Shown here: one piece after another, positions 1 through 12,916 of the stretch
Numbering within the stretch: position 1 is the stretch's first letter
How the letters are laid out: every line of letters begins with the position of its first letter
From: Octopus bimaculoides
Lineage: Eukaryota
Reading direction: 5' to 3'
NCBI RefSeq assembly: GCF_001194135.2
Contig: NC_068981.1
Coordinates: forward strand, 166,645,549-166,709,548
Length of the DNA: 64,000 bases
Position numbers and translations under genes: made by a program
Notes under the pieces: model-generated
What the model saw: only the letters and a program-made list of their open reading frames with translations
The model's database searches: none
What the model was told of the DNA's origin: nothing

Positions 1-140
1 ATATACACACACATATATATACATATATACACATATATATATACATATATATATACATATATATATATATACACATATATATATACACACACATATATAT
101 ACACATATATATTTATATGCACAAACATATATATATATAC

Positions 141-223
<83 letters not shown>

Positions 224-272
224 TGTATACACACACACACATATATATATACATACACACACACATATATAT
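1..272. repeat. Compound (AT)n/(AC)n microsatellite
   Basis: Alternating AT and AC dinucleotide runs; source of spurious ORFs 113..382 and 117..347. Confidence 0.95.
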
Positions 273-582
273 GCTGAGACCCTCCCTTCGGTCATGACTG
301 ACCACAGCATTGCTCCTAGAAAGTTACCCTTCCAGGCACAAGTCTGAGCAAGGTTGTTCATGGAAGACCAGAAGTTGCCCATGCATACCAGCTGCCCCTC
401 TCCATGCCACCTGTGTTATCCAAGGGAAAGGCAAAGGGCGATACAGCCTGGCACCTGTGATGTCGCAACTCATTTCTACAGCTGAGTGAACTGGAGCAAT
501 GTGAAATAAAGTGTCTTGCTCAAGAACACAACACACAGCCTGGTCCGAGATTTGAACTCACAACCTCACAATCGTAAGCTCG
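273..582 (-). mobile_element. tRNA-derived SINE (family D)
   Basis: Reverse complement has a B-box-like gtgagttcaaatc followed by gttgtgttcttgagcaagacactttatttcacattgctccag, also seen at 14060-14110 (+) and in decayed form near 29960 and 55730. Confidence 0.75.
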
Positions 583-982
583 TGCTTCACCACCTCATCC
601 CAGGTCTTCTTGGCCTGCCTCTTCCACAGGTACCCTCAACCGCTAGGGTGTGGCACTTTTTCACACAGCTATCCTCATCCATTCTCGCCACGTGACCATA
701 CCAGCGCAATCGTCTCTCTTGCACGCCACAACTGATGCTTCTTACGTTCAACTTTTCTCTCAAGGTACTTACACTTTGTCGAGTATGCACACTGACATTA
801 CACATACTGGCTTCATTCCTTGTGAGCTTAAGCATGTCCTCAGCAGTTACGGCCCATGTTTCACTGCCATGTAGCATGGCTGTACGTACCCATGCGTCAT
901 ACAGTCTGCCTTTTACTCTGAGTGAGAGGCCCCTTGTCACGAGCAGAGGTAAGAGCTCTCTGAACTTTGCCCAGGCTATTCA
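583..982 (-). mobile_element. RTE-clade LINE, 3' fragment of the ORF (region after RT)
   Basis: ORF 587..940 reads LSLRVKGRLYDAWVRTAMLHGSETWAVT...ERRLRWYGHVARM...GRGRPR, the typical RTE C-terminal signature; homologous copy at 19050-19440 (+). Confidence 0.9.
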
Positions 983-1059
983 TATATATATATATATATA
1001 TATATAATAGAGTTATTAATATTTCTAAGTCTCTCTAAAGGAGACTACGGCAACGGTAC

Positions 1060-1307
1060 TGGAAATTAATAGTTATCGCCAAGCCAACATGGCAGTCCCA
1101 AAATTAGGACGAAAGCTGCTGTGAATTAGCTCCAAGAAGCCATCGCCTCTAGCTAGCTATGTGACACACGAAACCTGTGTCCTTTATAACCTTCGAACAG
1201 GGGAGGTCAGCAGTTTCCCCTTGCTGGTTTGGCATCTGCAGACTAGTTTCAGGGTGTTGCCCCTTGTCAATGCAGAGCAGCTAAGCTCCAGCCAGGTGGC
1301 GCTGCCG
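1060..1307. mobile_element. Unclassified CpG-retaining repeat-like segment, possibly a solo LTR
   Basis: GC/CpG-richer block between (AT)n runs; TATA-like gttataaagg on the - strand; ends in AGGTGGCGCTG. No TG..CA termini confirmed. Confidence 0.3.
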
Positions 1308-1324
1308 ACTATATATATATACAC

Positions 1325-1490
1325 AATGGGCTTCTTTCAGTTTCCATCTACCAAATACACTCACAAGGCTTTGGTTGGTCCAACATTATCGTAGAAGACA
1401 CTTGCCGAAGGTGCCTTACAATGAGACTGAACCTGGAACCATGTGGTTGGGAAGCAAACTTCTTACCACACAGCCATGCCAGCGCCTATA
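1325..1490 (-). mobile_element. tRNA-derived SINE (family A)
   Basis: Reverse complement ggctgtgtggtaag...ggttccaggttcagtc...ggcaagtgtcttctac...ggaaactgaaagaagcc matches copies at 10822, 43810, 45650 and 56345. Confidence 0.85.
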
Positions 1491-1823
1491 TTAACATATT
1501 TAATGCATCTAACTCAAAATAAGTGTGTGACAAGGAAAACCAATATCCAACAATGACTGATACTGTTTAAATTATTTCAGTAGTAATTTCAGTAGCTCTG
1601 ACATGTTTCAGTCTTATTTTGGTCTTATCAGGGGTCAAACACATCTTCTGTGGTTTATATTCTATTCATCAGGATTTACATTCTACTCTGTAATACTCAT
1701 TAAAAAAAATAGTATACTTATTTAAACTTGCAGTATTTTATGAAAGATGTGCCAGATGTGTACTGCTTCAGTTCAGTCAACTACATTCCTGCCCTACAAA
1801 TGGTGGTCTTGTGTTAATCCTAA

Positions 1824-2225
1824 TCATCATCATCATCATTTAACATCCATTTTCCATGCTGGCATGGGTTGAATGGTTTGACAGGAGCTGCCCAGGCTCC
1901 ATGTCTGTTTTGGCATAGTTTCTACCACTGGATGCCCTTCATAATGCCAACCACTTTTACAGTGTGTACTGGATACTTTTACACAGTACCAGCCTGGATG
2001 CATTTCTGTGGCACCAGTACAAGTGCTTTTTACATGGCACTAGCACCCACGAACCCGCAAGGTTAGGAATGCTCAGCTTGAGAGGAATGCAGGGGACAAG
2101 CCTGTATGGAAGGACAGCCATGCTTTTACTTAGCTTGGTATGTCTTCTCAAGCACAGGAAACCACCAGGAGTCTCAGTCCTCTGTCATCCCCTCTGTAAG
2201 TCCCAGTGTCTGTTGACCCTAATGA
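1824..2225 (-). mobile_element. Repeat sharing the RTE 3' tail (family C), ending in (GAT)n
   Basis: (CAT)n followed by ttaacatccattttccatgctggcatgggttg...ggatgcccttc is the reverse complement of the tail attached to the RTE at 19700-19900. Confidence 0.8.
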
Positions 2226-2399
2226 AATGAAAAATTTGAGAAATGATGCATTAAAGCGCTTGCAATAAGAATTAAACTCTTAATTTTTATCACATCAAAA
2301 AGAGCATTAATAGTGCGATAGCGAATAGTGGTGTACATGGTTAAAATTGGATAAGTAACCCTTATAAATTCTATTATTTATAATGGCTGTTGTGAGTCT

Positions 2400-2565
2400 G
2401 GTGATATTGGCTGGTTGACTAAACAAGGATGAATGGTTGGTGATGTTGATTTGTTGACTAAACAGGAACTGATGGACTGGTGGTGATAATTGGTTGATTA
2501 AACAGGAACCAATGAACCAATGCTGTTGATTGATTGACTAAAGAGGAACTGCTGCACTGGTTAGC
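2400..2565. repeat. Degenerate ~41-bp minisatellite, 4 units
   Basis: Recurring core ttgactaaacaggaac at about 2414, 2454, 2494 and 2534. Confidence 0.7.
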
Positions 2566-2584
2566 AGTACATTAATTGGACTTC

Positions 2585-2735
2585 TAGAGGTGGAAATAAT
2601 TTAAATAAACCAAGAATTTATGTTGTATGGTATTTGATATACCTGTATTTGTTTATGTTGTTCACCTCAAGAGGTGAAGATAATTTAGATAAATTAAGAA
2701 TATATGTTGTATGATATTTGATGTACCTGCATTCG
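2585..2735. repeat. Diverged direct repeat, ~83-bp period
   Basis: agaggtggaaataatttaaataaa..tatgttgtatggtatttgatatacctg versus agaggtgaagataatttagataaa..tatgttgtatgatatttgatgtacctg. Confidence 0.7.
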
Positions 2736-2741
2736 CCTGTG

Positions 2742-2793
<52 letters not shown>

Positions 2794-3739
2794 AAGAGTA
2801 TATTTTTATAGTGTATGTGAATATACGCACAACATACAGACACACTAAAAATATACTGTGTTTGTGTGTAGTATATTTTTATCATGTGTGTGTGCACACA
2901 TATATATAGACAGACAGACGGATAGATTTAAGATATATGGAAGTATTAAGGCAATTTGTTCCAAGTAGCTCTACTGTTCTTCACATCAAAATGATTGATT
3001 TATCAATACTTTCTCCTATTCTGCATTCTAAGAATTCTCACTTAATGACACACAAACTTATTCTCTCTCTCTCAGCCTCTCACACAGAGACATAAATACA
3101 AACTTTTTCTTGATGAAGTTGTATCTCTTTCATATTGAAACAAATTTCAGAATCTTATTAGCATTTAATAATGCTCAATAATTCTTGGTACAGTATGTTA
3201 AGTACTTAATAATTATAACAATTTCAAACATCAGAAACATTTCACATCTAATTAAACATGAACTTTAAACACAAATTATCTTAAATGTCAAGAATTGATG
3301 ATAATGTGTGGCTGAGGACTGGATTCCTTCTACAGTTTATATTATACTTCCAATATATCTCAAAGAAATTATTCATTAAATACAAATGTTACAAAGCAAT
3401 TAGCAGAAAGAAAAGTGTCTTTCTTTGTGTTCTATAATAATTTTATTTTATTTTTTATTCTGTCTCATCTTCTTTTGAATTTTCATGGAAGATTTTCCCT
3501 GTGTTGGTTGTATCACAATTTCACCATTTTTGCTTTCATAATGCATGTTATCTGGCTCCACCAAATAGAAAAAGAAAAGCTTTTGTCTGAAGGATATAAA
3601 CATAAATTAAAACACTAGATGTAAAACAGTATTCGGTGTATGTACATGTGTGTGTGCGTATATGTGTATNNNNNNNNNNTTTTAATAAGGAAAAGCAATA
3701 GAAAACTGCAGCTATGTCAAAAGTATTTACTCACAATCA

Positions 3740-4329
3740 ACTTTTATTTCCTGTCTTACAAGTGTTCAGTGTGATTGATGCTTGAGTGTAGAGCAGAAAG
3801 TGCTCCATCAACACATCATGGTGGTATGAACACATGGGAAGCTACTAATCCAAGAGACAAGAGATAGGAAGAGTCCAAAGGCAGAACCTTTGATAGGAGT
3901 TTTGCATGCTTGACACAATAAAAAGCTTTGCTGATATCTAGAGTAATAACATTGCTTTCACTGAATTTCTCTAAAGTAAGAGCCTACTTGTGAGACATAC
4001 AAGAGTGTAGATTACTTGTGCCTCTGGTTCTGCAGTGGCTATTAAAGGGAAAGAGAGAGAGAGAGTCAAGGTGTTAGAGAACATCATTCTTAATGACTGT
4101 CTCTTATTTTAGAGATGTTAGAAGTGAGAGCATTAGGACAATAGTTGGCTGGGTTCAAAGATAGCCTTTCTTTAGAATAGGACACACTGAAGTGTGCTTC
4201 CATATGTTAGGATATATCTTCTAAGAGAATGATAGATTAAAGAATTTGATAGTATAGGAACAAGTTCTGGGGTACAAAAAAAAAAAGAAATTGTTGGTTT
4301 GAAGTAACTGATTTTATTTCTGCACTTGA

Positions 4330-4360
<31 letters not shown>

Positions 4361-4960
4361 TTTATTGATCCAGAGGCAAATGGCATAAAAATAGTGGAGC
4401 TCTAATGAGTCAGCTGCTGGAAGGAGCGGGTGTTGTGTAGTATGTGATTGTGTGTTGCACAGTTGCAATGCAGCAGTGGTTGGATGACTCAATAGGGGCA
4501 GAGACAGTCACAGTTTGGTAGGGGTTAGAAAGAGATTGAGGGTGTTTTAAGTGTCTGTGTTGGTCTAGAATGTGTGTAGAGGATGAAACAAGTTGATGTA
4601 AAAAGTTAATAGTAAAAGATTCAGCTTCTGCATACCAGCATTGATGTGGGATGAATGTGAGGACTATGAGATATTGTGAGTATTTGAAACCAATAAGGAT
4701 GATGACTTTAGAGAAGGAAGAGGTGAGATAGATGTTCTTAATAGAAGCAGAGATATAGTCAAAGAGTTGTTGTTGGTTGAAGGAGCAATAGAGGGAACAG
4801 TTGTATTTGAGGAAATTAAGGAGGGAGACTTTGAGCCAGAGTAACTGGAAGTCGTTATTGCTGAAATACAGATGAAAGCAATAAGAGATAGGGAGAATAT
4901 GGTTGATATATGCATAGAAACCACATTGGGGAACAAAATTTGAGTAGAGTGTATCCCAAA
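3740..4960 (-). mobile_element. Decayed CR1/L2-like LINE (AP endonuclease and RT remnants)
   Basis: ORF 4410..5075 has LWLKV..LFDYIS..LHQLVSSSTHI..APIESSNH (endonuclease end, PLGxSDH-like). Reverse complement near 4120-4165 gives NPANY.P.ALTS and near 3925-3950 gives LDISKAF. Confidence 0.75.
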
Positions 4961-5895
4961 TAGTGGTGAATTTGGTAGATGGAAACTGCAAGAAGCATGT
5001 TATGTGTGTGTGTGTGCATGGATGTTGATATTCCATAGTTGTGACTGTTGAGCAAAATGGCATTGGTGGTGACATTCCTTGTTGGCATGGTAACTTGTTG
5101 CTTTATGCTTTTGAAGACTGCTAAAAAAAATCTTTACTTGAAAAACCAGTAAGGATTGGTGACTAGAAGAGCATCCAGCTATTAAAAATCCTGCTTCAGT
5201 TAACTCACTGTCCAACTTATGCTATCATGAGAAAATGGACACACAACAAATTGAACAAATGTGTGTGTGCACGCACGGACGCGTGCATATAATTCTTTGA
5301 ATTTTAATTGTTATAAATTGTATAAATTGCTTTATAATGATATGCAGGAATATTTTTCTTTTCCTTGCCAAATCCTTTCATTCTGAGATTTAGTTACATG
5401 TTGCTTCCTGAAGAATATTATGAGCAATACATGAACATTAGATAAAACATAAAAATAGTAGAAAACAGTTTATTCTACTTCTTCATGTCTATTTTATTTG
5501 ATTTCTTATTTGTGTGTGTAATTGTGAGACCTGCTTCTGTTTTTATGCAAGTACTGCCAAATTACTCAAATAACTTGTTAACTAATCAATAAAATTTTAA
5601 GGATCTCCAAGAATATAAAAAATATATACATATCAACTGATTCATTTATTGAATTGTGTGTGGCAGATTTGATGATTATTTGCATAAGTTAAACCCAAAG
5701 ATTTACAACACTTTATAAACTGTATTGACTCAGTTGCAGTATATATTCCATCAATAAGTTGATTTCATTGGTATTTTGAGAATATGAGGAAGTGAAATGA
5801 GGTGAAACAAAAACTGCTCTGTAAGAAATGTCAGCATAGCAAAATTACATTTATACATTGATTATATATTGATTGCTCCCCGTCACTCAAACTAG

Positions 5896-5941
5896 CTTAA
5901 ATGAGTTCAGTCACTGTTGCCTGTGACTGAACTCATTTAAG
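5896..5941. other. Perfect 19-bp inverted repeat with 8-nt loop
   Basis: cttaaatgagttcagtcac (5896-5914), loop tgttgcct, gtgactgaactcatttaag (5923-5941); the arms are exact reverse complements. Confidence 0.95.
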
Positions 5942-7113
5942 GACTCTGTACTTCATTATTTCACTAACCTACTTTTCATTGCTTTTCTGTGAAATACAAT
6001 AAATCACATAGAATTGGATTAAACCTAAAATAAATTTGGCAGAAACCAATTATTAAACACTTAAAACAATTTACAAGTCATTACTGATTTCTTTTTTTAA
6101 TTCAAGAAAAAAAGTGTCAAATACATGATCTTGTGAATTCCTCATGAAATTATGGTGTGAAGTTTATAAGGATATTTTTGCTTTTATTAAGGTACCAAAT
6201 TGGCTGAAGTGATAGTGTTAAATAAAATGCTTTGTGGCATGTGTTCTTACTCTCTGTGCTTTTAGTTCAATCCCACCAAAGTCAACTTTACCTTATATCC
6301 TTATGGGGTTCATAAAAAGGTTACAATCCAGGTGATAGATTAGCAGAACTGCTGGAGTAATGAAAGGGATGCCTTATGGTATCTGTTCTAGCTCTTTACA
6401 TTATGACAACAATGCCTACAACAACATAAGTGCTTTACTGTCTTGACCCAAGTCAGCAGCCTGACTTGGGAATCCTTTTACAGATCTGTTTTGGAGAGGA
6501 TTGTCCCCTCATCAGATGCACTCTTATTTTTCAACTTTCTGATTTATCAACATTATAACATGCTTCAGATGTCCTAGAAAAATTATTTTTATAAATATCT
6601 CTTGCACTCTCCTTATTTTTACCATGATACTAGTTAATGCCTTCACTCATAGCTTTATTCAACTGAAGCTGACATGGGGTTAAGCAATAACACCACCAAC
6701 AAGATGAAAGCCAAAGTTTATCTTGGTAGAATTTTAACTTAGAATGATAGACCATCATCATCAACAACAACAACCAGCTAAAAACAACTGCCAAATCTCC
6801 TTGAAATCACACCTTGTCATCTTACAAAAAAAAAAAATGCATCTGGCCAGTTATACAAAAAGACAGGGTGATCAACACTAGAATGAATTAACTTGAGGTT
6901 AAACAACAACTTTCAACTATTTTTGCATGTAATGTAATTATGTTTTCTAGGCACTGCTTTAGCTTTATTTACACTGTTATGCAGCTGCTAATGTCTCCAG
7001 TCTATGCACTATAATTATAATGTGCAATAACGACAAAGTTATTTGGTTGTTTTCTTTTCCCAGCTCATTAGTCAAATTACTTTTACTTTATCAACTGTCA
7101 GATTATCAACAGA

Positions 7114-7158
<45 letters not shown>

Positions 7159-7660
7159 NNNNNNNNNNNNNNNNNNNNNNNNNNNNNNNNNNNNNNNNNN
7201 NNNNNNNNNNNNNNNNNNNNNNNNNNNNNNNNNNNNNNNNNNNNNNNNNNNNNNNNNNNNNNNNNNNNNNNNNNNNNNNNNNNNNNNNNNNNNNNNNNNN
7301 NNNNNNNNNNNNNNNNNNNNNNNNNNNNNNNNNNNNNNNNNNNNNNNNNNNNNNNNNNNNNNNNNNNNNNNNNNNNNNNNNNNNNNNNNNNNNNNNNNNN
7401 NNNNNNNNNNNNNNNNNNNNNNNNNNNNNNNNNNNNNNNNNNNNNNNNNNNNNNNNNNNNNNNNNNNNNNNNNNNNNNNNNNNNNNNNNNNNNNNNNNNN
7501 NNNNNNNNNNNNNNNNNNNNNNNNNNNNNNNNNNNNNNNNNNNNNNNNNNNNNNNNNNNNNNNNNNNNNNNNNNNNNNNNNNNNNNNNNNNNNNNNNNNN
7601 NNNNNNNNNNNNNNNNNNNNNNNNNNNNNNNNNNNNNNNNNNNNNNNNNNNNNNNNNNNN
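7159..7660. other. Assembly gap (largest of 10)
   Basis: N run. Others: 3670-3679, 10210-10437, 10987-11171, 30218-30247, 34879-34997, 46045-46170, 51998-52236, 52975-53298; most are flanked by microsatellites. Confidence 0.99.
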
Positions 7661-7697
<37 letters not shown>

Positions 7698-7836
7698 AGA
7701 GTTCTTTTCAGCTTTGACTATCAAATCCACTCACAAGGCTTTGGTTAGGCCAAGGCTGTTGCAGAAGACACTTGCCTAAGGTGTCATGCAGTGGTTAGGA
7801 AGCAAGCTTCTTATCACACAGCCACACCTGCACCTC
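7698..7836 (-). mobile_element. SINE family A, internally deleted
   Basis: aatccactcacaaggctttggtt...gaagacacttgcc...cttatcacacagcc. Confidence 0.75.
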
Positions 7837-8969
7837 TGGAAACAAATATTAAATAATAATAGTTTTATAGACTGAAGTTATTTGTACTTATTTTCCCTGC
7901 ATGCTTCACTAACCACCTATTAACATCATTTTTACTTGATTATCCCCTCTCTCCTTATCCTTTTCTCTCACGCATATCCTTCAAATGCATATTATCAATG
8001 CTATGATTTAGAAAATGTACAGAGATGCACATACTGTCACATATCCCACACCCACCTATACATTTCTCTTCTAACATGCCACTTGTATTAATATGTTTGC
8101 CACTAGCAAACATATTAGTCTTTCATAGTATGAGAATCTGTTAGTACAACTGCTCAACATTAGTTTCTGTTCATCATTATTTCAATTTAAGCATCTGGTC
8201 TGGCTGATTGGAGATGATCTGGGTTTAAACTATAAATTAATCACATTTTCTCAAGTGTATCTTTTACATATCTATTAATTTCTTAATTAATTTTCAATGA
8301 AATCTCCTTTTAGTACATTGTTTAATAATTTTTCATTACCTGAAATGTTTTTATTAGTTATAAGAGTTTTTAATAATAACTTAGTTTTGGAGAAAATTCT
8401 GAAAGAACTTCAACCAAGGCAAGATAAATTTGTCATGTCATTTCAGTTTCTAGTTGAAATTGTTCTACTTCTCTGACATCTTTAATGTTCTTGAGAAAAC
8501 CACTTGTATTTCATTAGAAGTTTATCATCACTGTTCTGACAGAAGTATGAAATGTTTTAGAATTGTTAAAACAAGTTTTCCTTGTTTTAAAAAGGCTGGT
8601 GAATTGTACAATTGGTATACTTCATCAACATAATTTTGCATGTACTTTCCATATTGATATGGGTTGCATAGATCATCATCATTATAATTTTACATCTTTC
8701 TGTATTGGTATAATTTGGAGTGGTCATCATGGCCTCAGTTCTTCTTCTTCTTCAGAGTTACTCCCCATCCAGACAGGACAGGGTACATCTTGTACATTTA
8801 TTTTGGCTTGATTTCTCTGATAAAATGCCCTTCCTAACACCAAATATTTTATGGAGTATATTGAAAGTATTTTTTGGTGGCACTAACATTAGAGAGGTTG
8901 CTTATCCTACAATACTAAAGAGTTTATTCTATCCTAAGCTGTCTCAGTTCATACAAAACATACATGGCT

Positions 8970-9480
8970 AAGAGATGAATAGAAGGGGGAAGTGATGACA
9001 GAGAGCACTAGAGCAAATGAAAGAATATGAGTATGATAAGAGAAGCAGTATTAAGAACAGTCAGGTAGAAGGGAAAAGAGTAATAAGAGAGATATAGTCA
9101 AAGGCTGGTCAACAAACATGCTGGTTGTTGGTAAAGAGATTGAATAGAGAAACAGCACAAACAATGTGATTAGGGAAAATTGAGTGAGGGAAAAGATTGT
9201 GATGGAAAAGGGTGTAAAGTACATGCCTGAGGGAGAGAGAAGAACTTCAGTGGAGATGAGTGATAAACAACAATAGTGAGGGATGCTGGAAAGAGAGAGT
9301 GGTGGCTGTCAATAGAAAGTAGTAAGAAGAGAGATACAGATAGCCATAGTTAAGAAGGGTGATGACAAGGAATTTTAAATGCAGACAGATGTAATGCCAT
9401 CCCACATTATACAAGTGGTATAGTGCAATGAATAAGAGAATGGTTGAGTGACAGACAAGAGGAATCTGTTAAACAGAAGC
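8970..9480 (-). mobile_element. Decayed CR1/L2-like endonuclease fragment
   Basis: Purine-rich + strand; reverse complement gives IVCAV and tttgactatatctct (FDYIS), shared with 4745-4765. Confidence 0.4.
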
Positions 9481-10821
9481 TGTTCATAAGCCTACTGTGT
9501 GGATGTTTATAATCTAAAAACTGATGTAGTTAGTGTTTTTGTTTCCCATAAGTTAGCATTTTGATGAATAGAGTGGAATAAAATAAATACCAGATTGAAA
9601 TAAGTCTTGAGGTCATTATTATCTTGAAAGCAATCCCTAGCATGACAGCAGTTTACTGGCTGAAACCAGAAGAATACAGGAATAAATATCTAGGAAATTA
9701 GTTGAGATTTGCTTTAAGATTTAATTCTTTGGGATGTGTGTGTGCACATGCAACCTGTTTGTTTTATGTGTGTGTGCATGTATTTTTAATATATCTTCAT
9801 TATTAATAGTAATTGGGCAATTTACATATCTAAATACATATTTAAATTTATTACTTTTTGATGATGATATTGCCTTTTTTTTTTCCTGTTTCTAATCTAT
9901 TTTTCACTCCATCATTATGTTAGAAATATATTTGTCATAAATAGAGTAACATTATATAACTTATTTGAATGTTTGTATACTGAACAAAAATAATTCACCA
10001 CATGCAAAAATACATTGACTTGAAACAAAACAAAAAAAAGTTACTGCTTTTTAATAGAAGACCTTCTAAAACTTATACTGTCTCTATATCATTTTAATAG
10101 TATTTTATCAATTTTCTATTAAAGATCAATTGCATTTCATCAAAGTTCCTTGCTAAATATGGGACATAGTGTAATCTATAATGAGGAATTTATATATATA
10201 TATATATATNNNNNNNNNNNNNNNNNNNNNNNNNNNNNNNNNNNNNNNNNNNNNNNNNNNNNNNNNNNNNNNNNNNNNNNNNNNNNNNNNNNNNNNNNNN
10301 NNNNNNNNNNNNNNNNNNNNNNNNNNNNNNNNNNNNNNNNNNNNNNNNNNNNNNNNNNNNNNNNNNNNNNNNNNNNNNNNNNNNNNNNNNNNNNNNNNNN
10401 NNNNNNNNNNNNNNNNNNNNNNNNNNNNNNNNNNNNNTCCGATTTATATATATATATATATATTTAAAACACCATGGTTATATTTCTTTAAAATTTGTGT
10501 CAAAGATAGATAAGTATTTCAATAATATTTTTAATAAGCAAGTTTTGAAATTTGAAAAACAGTACACAACCATTATTAAAAAATTCATATTTTCAATATT
10601 TTCTCCATTGCTTCGATATGACTAAATAATTCTAAAGCACACACTAACAGATAACCCATTACAAATGGCATAGGCTATATGTATAAAGAATATTTTTCAA
10701 TAAAACACAAAAATGGTACTTGAGCTTCAGTTATGTGCAGTCAAGTGTTTACAATAGTAAGAGCTTCAGTTCCCATGATTTAAAAGGCAATAGGTTTCTA
10801 ATAGAAAACAGTCTATAGGTG

Positions 10822-11389
10822 TAAGAGTGGCTGTGTGGTAAGTAGCTTGCTTACGAACCGCATGGTTCCGGGTTCAGTCCCACTGCGTGGCACCTTCGGC
10901 AAGTGTCTTCTACTATAGCCTCAGGCCGACCAAAGCCATGTGAGTGGATTTGGTAGACGGAAACTGAAAGAAGCCGTCGTATGTATNNNNNNNNNNNNNN
11001 NNNNNNNNNNNNNNNNNNNNNNNNNNNNNNNNNNNNNNNNNNNNNNNNNNNNNNNNNNNNNNNNNNNNNNNNNNNNNNNNNNNNNNNNNNNNNNNNNNNN
11101 NNNNNNNNNNNNNNNNNNNNNNNNNNNNNNNNNNNNNNNNNNNNNNNNNNNNNNNNNNNNNNNNNNNNNNNATATGTTTATGTTTCTGTGTTTGTACCCA
11201 CCAATATTGCTTGACAACCGATGCTGGTGTGTTTACATCCCCGTAACTTAGTGGTTCAGCAAAATAGACCGATAGAATAAGTACTAGGCTTACAAAGAAT
11301 AAGTCCTGGGGTCGATTTGCTCGACTAAAGGCAGTGCTCCAGCATGGCTACAGTCAGATGACTGAAACAAGTAAAGGAGTAAAAGAGTA
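10822..11389 (+). mobile_element. Composite SINE (family A head, microsatellite, 3' module)
   Basis: A-box tggctgtgtgg and B-box ggttcagtccc; the 3' module gatagaataagtactaggcttac...cagcatggc..gaaacaagtaaa is also at 43561-43760 (-) and 45840-46044 (+). Interrupted by an N gap. Confidence 0.9.
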
Positions 11390-11666
11390 GATTTGGCCAC
11401 ATTTTTTAATTCAATACTTCTACTACTCATAGACATGTAATAGAGTACTCATGACTTTTGGAAACATTTTTTTCATGCTCATAATTGTCAAAGCATGAAA
11501 TACACTACCCATGTCAGTTGTAAGCTGTCAGGACGTTGCATCCTTCAAAAATTTCATGCACCCTAAAATTTGCCAACTCTGCTTTTAATGTGCCTAAGTA
11601 TGCTACCTTCTTCATGACTCTTCTAATATTCACTTCTCTGTTTTTTTGCATCCTTCAAAAGTCTCA

Positions 11667-11880
11667 TCATCATCATCATCGTTTAACGTCCGCTTTCCAT
11701 GCTAGCATGGGTTGGACGATTTGACTGAGGACTGGTGAACCAGATGGCTACACCAGGCTCCAATCTGATCTGGCAGAGCTTCTACAGCTGGATGCCCTTC
11801 CTAACGCCAACCACTCCGAGAGTGTAGTGGCTGCTTTTACGTGCCACCGGCACAAAGGCCAGTCCAGCGGCACTGGCAAC
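11667..11880 (-). mobile_element. RTE-tail repeat (family C)
   Basis: (CAT)n gtttaacgtccgctttccatgctagcatgggttggac...ggatgcccttcctaacgccaaccactc. Confidence 0.85.
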
Positions 11881-12079
11881 GATCTTACTCCTGATGTACC
11901 TATATACCCTCTCCTCATTTTATGTTTTATTCTGTATACTTGGCATGTACTTCTAGCTTTCACTGCAGTCTTTCTTTACTTGACTTATGGTTGCTTTCTG
12001 TCCCCTCTTTTAACCTTTTCCAATAAGTTGTAGCACACTTGAGCATTGTATATGTTCATCATCATTATTATTATGGCAA

Positions 12080-12290
12080 TGAGCTAGCAGAATCAAGAGA
12101 GCATCAGACTACATACTTAATGATATTTCTTCCAGCTCTTTACTTTCTAAGTTCAAATACCACTGAGGCCAACTTTGCATTTCATTCTTTCAGAGTTGAT
12201 AAAATAAAATATCAGTCAAGTATTGAGGTTGATGCAGTCAACTTGCCCACTCTCCTCAAAATTGTTGGTATATGCCAAAATTAGAATTAT
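12080..12290 (+). mobile_element. tRNA-derived SINE (family B), decayed
   Basis: gagctagcagaatc...gttcaaatac..aggccaactttgcatttcattctttcagagttgataaaataa. Confidence 0.65.
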
Positions 12291-12856
12291 TATTGTGTGT
12301 GCGTGCATGCACACACACGTACACACACTAAGGCCATATTTGTGACACTGTCATGTGGTTAGTTAAAGAGAGAGGCAAAAAGAGCAAGAAGAGTGTTAGG
12401 GGTGAGAGCTAAGAGAAAGGGATTGCTATCATGCTATGTGGTTAAATAATTAGTTGAAGGAATAGGTGGAAAGAGAGAGAAATAGAGATTGAACATACCT
12501 AACAGTAGGTGGTATAGTTTAAAGGGGAGAGAGAAAGTGTATGTGTGTTTACTGAAGGGAACATGGTGTTAATGTATCTACCCATCCACATAGATAGATA
12601 CATCTACAGATAGAAGACCAAAAGATGAATGGCTATGTATGCAATAGATTGCTAAACTAAAGTGAAATAACCTGAGCTACCAAATACCTGCAGGAATGTT
12701 ACTATTTTATTTGTGTCAGCCAAATTCTGGGGCTATGCTGGGGGACTACCATAATTCGGTTTTGTATTTTTATTTATTTATTTTTTTATTTGATTTAAAT
12801 GCTTCTCTGTATTGTCATTGTAGACAGATATTAACATTGACAGAAATAAAAGTAGA

Positions 12857-12861
12857 CAGGT

Positions 12862-12916
<55 letters not shown>

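Noticed and set aside
2400-2565. Regularly spaced repeats as a possible CRISPR array
   Set aside because: Units are contiguous and diverged, without unique spacers; eukaryotic context and no cas genes.
7020-7748. Long ORFs spanning N gaps (also 10150-10513, 10921-11251, 51942-52388, 52805-53346)
   Set aside because: Open only because Ns and dinucleotide repeats contain no stops.
10822-10890. tRNA-like sequences (also 13985-14055 and 44510-44583)
   Set aside because: They have A and B boxes but no full cloverleaf and continue into SINE bodies; they are SINE heads, not tRNA genes.
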